DNA from: Candidatus Poribacteria bacterium
GTDB taxonomy: Bacteria; Poribacteria; WGA-4E; WGA-3G
Direction: 5' to 3'
DNA length: 64,000 nt
Assembly (NCBI GenBank): GCA_965215265.1
Contig: OZ244048.1
Location: 3,840,001-3,904,000 of the forward strand
In this document: positions 60,412-64,000 of the stretch, piece by piece
Layout of the letters: every line of letters starts with the position of its first letter
How positions within the stretch are numbered: position 1 is the stretch's first letter
Notes under the pieces: generated by a model
What the model was told of the DNA's origin: nothing
The model's input: the letters and a program-made list of their open reading frames with translations, nothing else
Database searches by the model: none
Position numbers and translations under genes: made by a program

Positions 60412-61833
60412 CTATGGCTGCAACCGTTCAACTAACTCTTCTCGTGTGACCGGTTCATCAAAAGCCATCAGATAAATATGGAACGTGTCGCTTCTGTCTG
60501 AAACGTAAACCAGGTAGCGTCCATCAGGCGAGAAAGCAGGTTGAATAGATACGCCAATGTCCCCGGTGATGCGCCGCTCATTCTTGCCATCAGCATCAAT
60601 GAGATAAATCTCCATGTCGCCATCCCGCGCAGAGACATAAGCGATTGTTTTTCCATCGGGTGAGACAGTCGGGTTGTAACAATCGTAACGAGTCGCATTC
60701 GGTATCAATATCGGCTTTTCATTTTGTCCATCAATCTCTATCGTATAGAGTTGATTCACCTCATTCCTTGAGGAGACAAATACAATTCTCTGACCGTCTG
60801 GAAAAAACGCAGGACTCCCGTCATCCGTTTCATTGTAAGTGATGCGCTTCGGTTCAACATGAGCTGGTGTGAGCTGGGCAAGGTTGAGACCTGCCAAATC
60901 CAGCAGATATAATTCAAGGTTACCGTCCGCGTTTGATTCGTAAACCACTTGGTCCCCAGCAGGTGAAGTGCGCGGTACGCGCGCACCGAAACTGACAGGT
61001 AACACCGGAACGGTGGTTTTGCTGTGGATATGCGTTACGTTGAACCCTGCATAAATCGGGGTTGAACCGCTGCTCTGGATGACAACTTTAACTTCACGCG
61101 ATGATTTCGGTTCACTACTATAGAATAGATAATAGGGGGTTTTCAGAAACGCCGGGGAACTATCGTTAAAGTCTGTCGTAAAAGTCACCCGCTGCCGGAT
61201 ACGGCCATTCATATCCATTAGGTAGATCTCGCCGTTGTCACGCCGGAATGATGCAAAGGCGATTTGCGTACCATCCGGTGAGAATGTTGGTGAGTAGTTA
61301 TCCGAATCGCCGTGCGTCAGCTGCTTTACTTTGTAAGTATCGCCCACGAGCGCAGTAATCTCATCCAATACATCTGTATCCGAGGTACCGTGCAGAATGA
61401 CCCTGAGTACGCGAAACGCAGAATCTCTATCACCGAATTTAAGGTATGTGCGTGCTAAACTGAGACGGGCTTCAACACGCTTTGCAGGTTGCGCCGCATA
61501 GAATTGAGAAGCGAGTCGAAACTGATCTATCGCATCATTATAACGTCCCAATTCATCGTATGCGATACCGAGCAACATCCGTGCTTTTGGATGTTCCGGT
61601 TCGGTTTCAATGAACACCGTTAACGAGTCTACCGCGGCATGTGTCATGCCTGCTTGAAGCAGTTTTTCGCTTTTTTCAAGGTGCCGGTTTACGTTTTGGC
61701 ACCCCATTACGCACATGCCGGTAATAAACATAGTGCTTATGATGTAGAAACCGAATCTATCGTGCGCACGGGTGCATAATTTCAAGTTTATTTTCGTGAT
61801 ATGCCTAAAGGCATTAAAGGCGAGAGATAACAT
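60412..61833 (-). CDS. TPR and TolB-like (PD40 repeat) lipoprotein
   Basis: VMGC lipobox-like, TPR helices, repeated P.FSPDG..I.F.S.R.G..EIY. Confidence 0.85.
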   Translation of the reverse strand: MLSLAFNAFRHITKINLKLCTRAHDRFGFYIISTMFITGMCVMGCQNVNRHLEKSEKLLQAGMTHAAVDSLTVFIETEPEHPKARMLLGIAYDELGRYNDAIDQFRLASQFYAAQPAKRVEARLSLARTYLKFGDRDSAFRVLRVILHGTSDTDVLDEITALVGDTYKVKQLTHGDSDNYSPTFSPDGTQIAFASFRRDNGEIYLMDMNGRIRQRVTFTTDFNDSSPAFLKTPYYLFYSSEPKSSREVKVVIQSSGSTPIYAGFNVTHIHSKTTVPVLPVSFGARVPRTSPAGDQVVYESNADGNLELYLLDLAGLNLAQLTPAHVEPKRITYNETDDGSPAFFPDGQRIVFVSSRNEVNQLYTIEIDGQNEKPILIPNATRYDCYNPTVSPDGKTIAYVSARDGDMEIYLIDADGKNERRITGDIGVSIQPAFSPDGRYLVYVSDRSDTFHIYLMAFDEPVTREELVERLQP

Positions 61834-61859
61834 ATGCAGAAGATTGGAATCATTTCTTG

Positions 61860-62318
61860 TTACTTAGGTCTTTCGCGCCGGCCGCGCCAAGCATCACCGA
61901 TCGCATACAGCCAACAGAGCCCTGCTTGTACGAGAGCACTGATTTTCAATTTCCAAGTAGGACGGTACATCAACTTTTCACCGTCGTCAAACGTCCAGAT
62001 GTGAATCGCATAGCGGGTATCTTGCTGTGAAGTAGTGTCCGGACGAGAAGTCTCGCCGATAGCATCCTCATCACTGCTCCTGATGGCGGTTTCCGCTTTA
62101 GGCTTAAAGCGTGTTAAATCACCCCAGTCCCTTACAGGCAATGAGTTAATATAGAAGATAACGGCTGCAGAAGCAAAAGTGAAGAGGAGAATTGTGCCTT
62201 TCACACCCTGGTTTAAGTAGAGCTGCCCGAGCCCCGGCAGAATCGCTGACAAAGCCGCCGCAAGATAGGAACGGGCCAGCTTAGAATTCTTGATCTGATT
62301 GTGTTGCATCCACACCAT
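61860..62318 (-). CDS. Hypothetical membrane protein
   Basis: AAALSAILPGLGQLY...KG motif, WLYAIGDAW. Confidence 0.7.
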   Translation of the reverse strand: MVWMQHNQIKNSKLARSYLAAALSAILPGLGQLYLNQGVKGTILLFTFASAAVIFYINSLPVRDWGDLTRFKPKAETAIRSSDEDAIGETSRPDTTSQQDTRYAIHIWTFDDGEKLMYRPTWKLKISALVQAGLCWLYAIGDAWRGRRERPK

Positions 62319-62378
62319 CCAAAGATATGTGATATCTAATGGTAAACCCTCAGAAATTCTTTCGTCGCAATCTCACGT

Positions 62379-62750
62379 TTAGGTCCATTTGCCTTGTGCT
62401 ACAAGGTATACCCCGAGACAAATAATCAAAGCACCGAGTACGCGAACTTTAGGGATCGCCTCTTTGAATATCATCCAGGAAAACAGAATTGACAAGACAT
62501 ACCCTAAACTCAGCATCGGATAGGCAATACTGAGTTTAATCCGGGAGAGGATAACTAGCCAAACGAGCGTGGTGAATCCGTATATGGCAATTCCACTGAG
62601 GATATAGGGATTGAAGAGTGCCTGCGTCAGCTTCGGGATCAGGTCCTTAACTTTTTCCACACGTCCGACGGTGTTCATCCCCTGCTTGAATAGGATTTGC
62701 CCTATCACAGTGAGTAAAACATTAAAGAATAGCATCAAAAAATCTTTCAT
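62379..62750 (-). CDS. EamA/SMR-like small membrane transporter (ArnE/F-like)
   Basis: GQILFKQG, LSRIKLSIAYP, FKEAI, GALIICLGV; four TM helices. Confidence 0.8.
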   Translation of the reverse strand: MKDFLMLFFNVLLTVIGQILFKQGMNTVGRVEKVKDLIPKLTQALFNPYILSGIAIYGFTTLVWLVILSRIKLSIAYPMLSLGYVLSILFSWMIFKEAIPKVRVLGALIICLGVYLVAQGKWT

Positions 62751-62793
62751 AATAGTATCATACCACACCTTGATGTTTTTTGCAATTTTTTCT

Positions 62794-64000
62794 CTACAGA
62801 TTATAGAGGTAGGTCACCTTTATGACAAGCACGCGAGTCTCAAAGGCGATAGCCTTTCCGATGTCGCCGTGCCATGTTTGGTTATATGCGAGAAAAAAAT
62901 GGCTCTTAGGGCTATATTCCCAGCCGAACAGTAAACTGAGTAGGTAATCCTGCTGAGACGGTGCAGCGAGTCGTTTTTCGTTGTCGGCTTGTGCAAACGC
63001 CCGTAGGAACGTTTCACGTGTAAATAGATAAGTGGCACGTAGCGAACCGACAAAAAATCTGCCATCAATCTTATTTTCAAGATCAAGACTCTGTGCGTAG
63101 CTGCTGTCTAATTCTATGGCAAAATTACTTTTTGGGCGAAGTGTGGATTCAAGAAAGAACTGTCGCTGTTTGCCGGCTTGTTGGTGCGTGAAATTGAAAT
63201 AGTCAGAAAAAGCCGTACCGATGCCGAAAGCAACCGGCTTCGTGGAATTTGTATCGATAAAGAGCCCGTAACTGTCTGCTATGAATACCTCTGTGAGCTC
63301 AACTTCTCGTCTTCGGCTGTAATAGACTTCGAAGTCGTCGAAAAAAGTCTCTCTAAACTCAAGACTCGCGTTAACTTGAACGCTCCACCGAAGAAGGTCT
63401 TCGTCAAAGTCAGGTGTGAGTGAGAGTTCGGGATTGCGTTCCTGCCATGCAGTAAAATATTCGCGTCTGTAGAGACTTTGTGAGAGGCGGGTACTGAGCC
63501 CGAGAAAAAGTTGGCGTGTCCCCCATTGTGGGGCATAGGAGCTGCGCGCGTATATCCGCTGCCATCCGCGGTTTAACTCCTTTCGGAGAAATCCTGTCTG
63601 ATTGATTTCAAAGTTTGGTAAGACACGTTCGAACCCGACAAGGCTGCTCCAGAGATAGTTGCGCTGAGCGAAATCGACCGTATACGCGAGGTTGTCAGTA
63701 TCTTCACCCGGATGAAAACTGCCGGCGTACTGTCCTGTAATATGATAAGTCTTTCCTAATGCCAGGTTCATGTCAATTCCTCCGACGCGGCTATGCTCCG
63801 CTGCCATTTCCTTATTTGCAAGCAGGATGCCAACGTTAGAACGTTTGAGGATGTCGCGTTTGAGCCGCATCGCAGAAAACCATGCCCGATCTTTTCCGGA
63901 CGGTATTCCACCGTTTTCTTGGTTAAACGTCCTGAATTCGCCAGTCTGGTTTCCAAGAACGCCGATTGAATACTTGCCTACTTTACCGGTCAGCTTACTG
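62794..64000 (-). CDS. DUF5916-like outer membrane protein, 5'-partial
   Basis: Frame is open to the window edge (SKLTGKVGKYSIG...). NQTGF, WEYSPKSHFFLAYN, C-terminal KVTYLYNL. Confidence 0.75.
   Translation of the reverse strand, partial: SKLTGKVGKYSIGVLGNQTGEFRTFNQENGGIPSGKDRAWFSAMRLKRDILKRSNVGILLANKEMAAEHSRVGGIDMNLALGKTYHITGQYAGSFHPGEDTDNLAYTVDFAQRNYLWSSLVGFERVLPNFEINQTGFLRKELNRGWQRIYARSSYAPQWGTRQLFLGLSTRLSQSLYRREYFTAWQERNPELSLTPDFDEDLLRWSVQVNASLEFRETFFDDFEVYYSRRREVELTEVFIADSYGLFIDTNSTKPVAFGIGTAFSDYFNFTHQQAGKQRQFFLESTLRPKSNFAIELDSSYAQSLDLENKIDGRFFVGSLRATYLFTRETFLRAFAQADNEKRLAAPSQQDYLLSLLFGWEYSPKSHFFLAYNQTWHGDIGKAIAFETRVLVIKVTYLYNL

Noticed and set aside
1-64000. tRNA, rRNA, prophage, reverse transcriptase/DGR or autonomous IS
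   Set aside because: No cloverleaf, rRNA-like block, phage structural gene, RT motif or transposase was recognised.

Overview
Bacterial chromosomal window, about 47% GC by eye. The gene content (DUF6785/DUF6784 and DUF5916 proteins, BatA-vWA, many lipoproteins, abundant palindromic intergenic repeats) resembles Ca. Poribacteria; this is inference, not a database result. Housekeeping genes are nuoI (orphan), a guaB-like gene, tsaC/tsaD, murQ plus a sugar kinase, pyrR-pyrC-carA-carB with a PyrR attenuator, and BamA-like and TolB-like genes. Accessory DNA is interleaved with them and includes five DNA methyltransferase loci. Main observations: (1) a type IIG R-M gene split only by a C9 tract, where C10 restores about 1220 aa; (2) a collapsed type I Zorya locus (zorA 5' part joined to zorD 3' part, with a TAG at the Mrr QxK glutamine); (3) a TdeIII-like endonuclease frameshifted at an A8 tract; (4) a TusA-DsrE-TusA/OsmC sulfur-relay cluster and a MetE-like enzyme that flank a 7.5 kb defence insert and may form one uncharacterised pathway; (5) an IMPDH-like enzyme lacking the flap Arg-Tyr dyad; (6) a 6S-like RNA candidate; (7) several MITE/REP-like repeat families. 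No tRNA, rRNA, CRISPR array, integrase or transposase was seen. All family calls come from motif recognition by eye.
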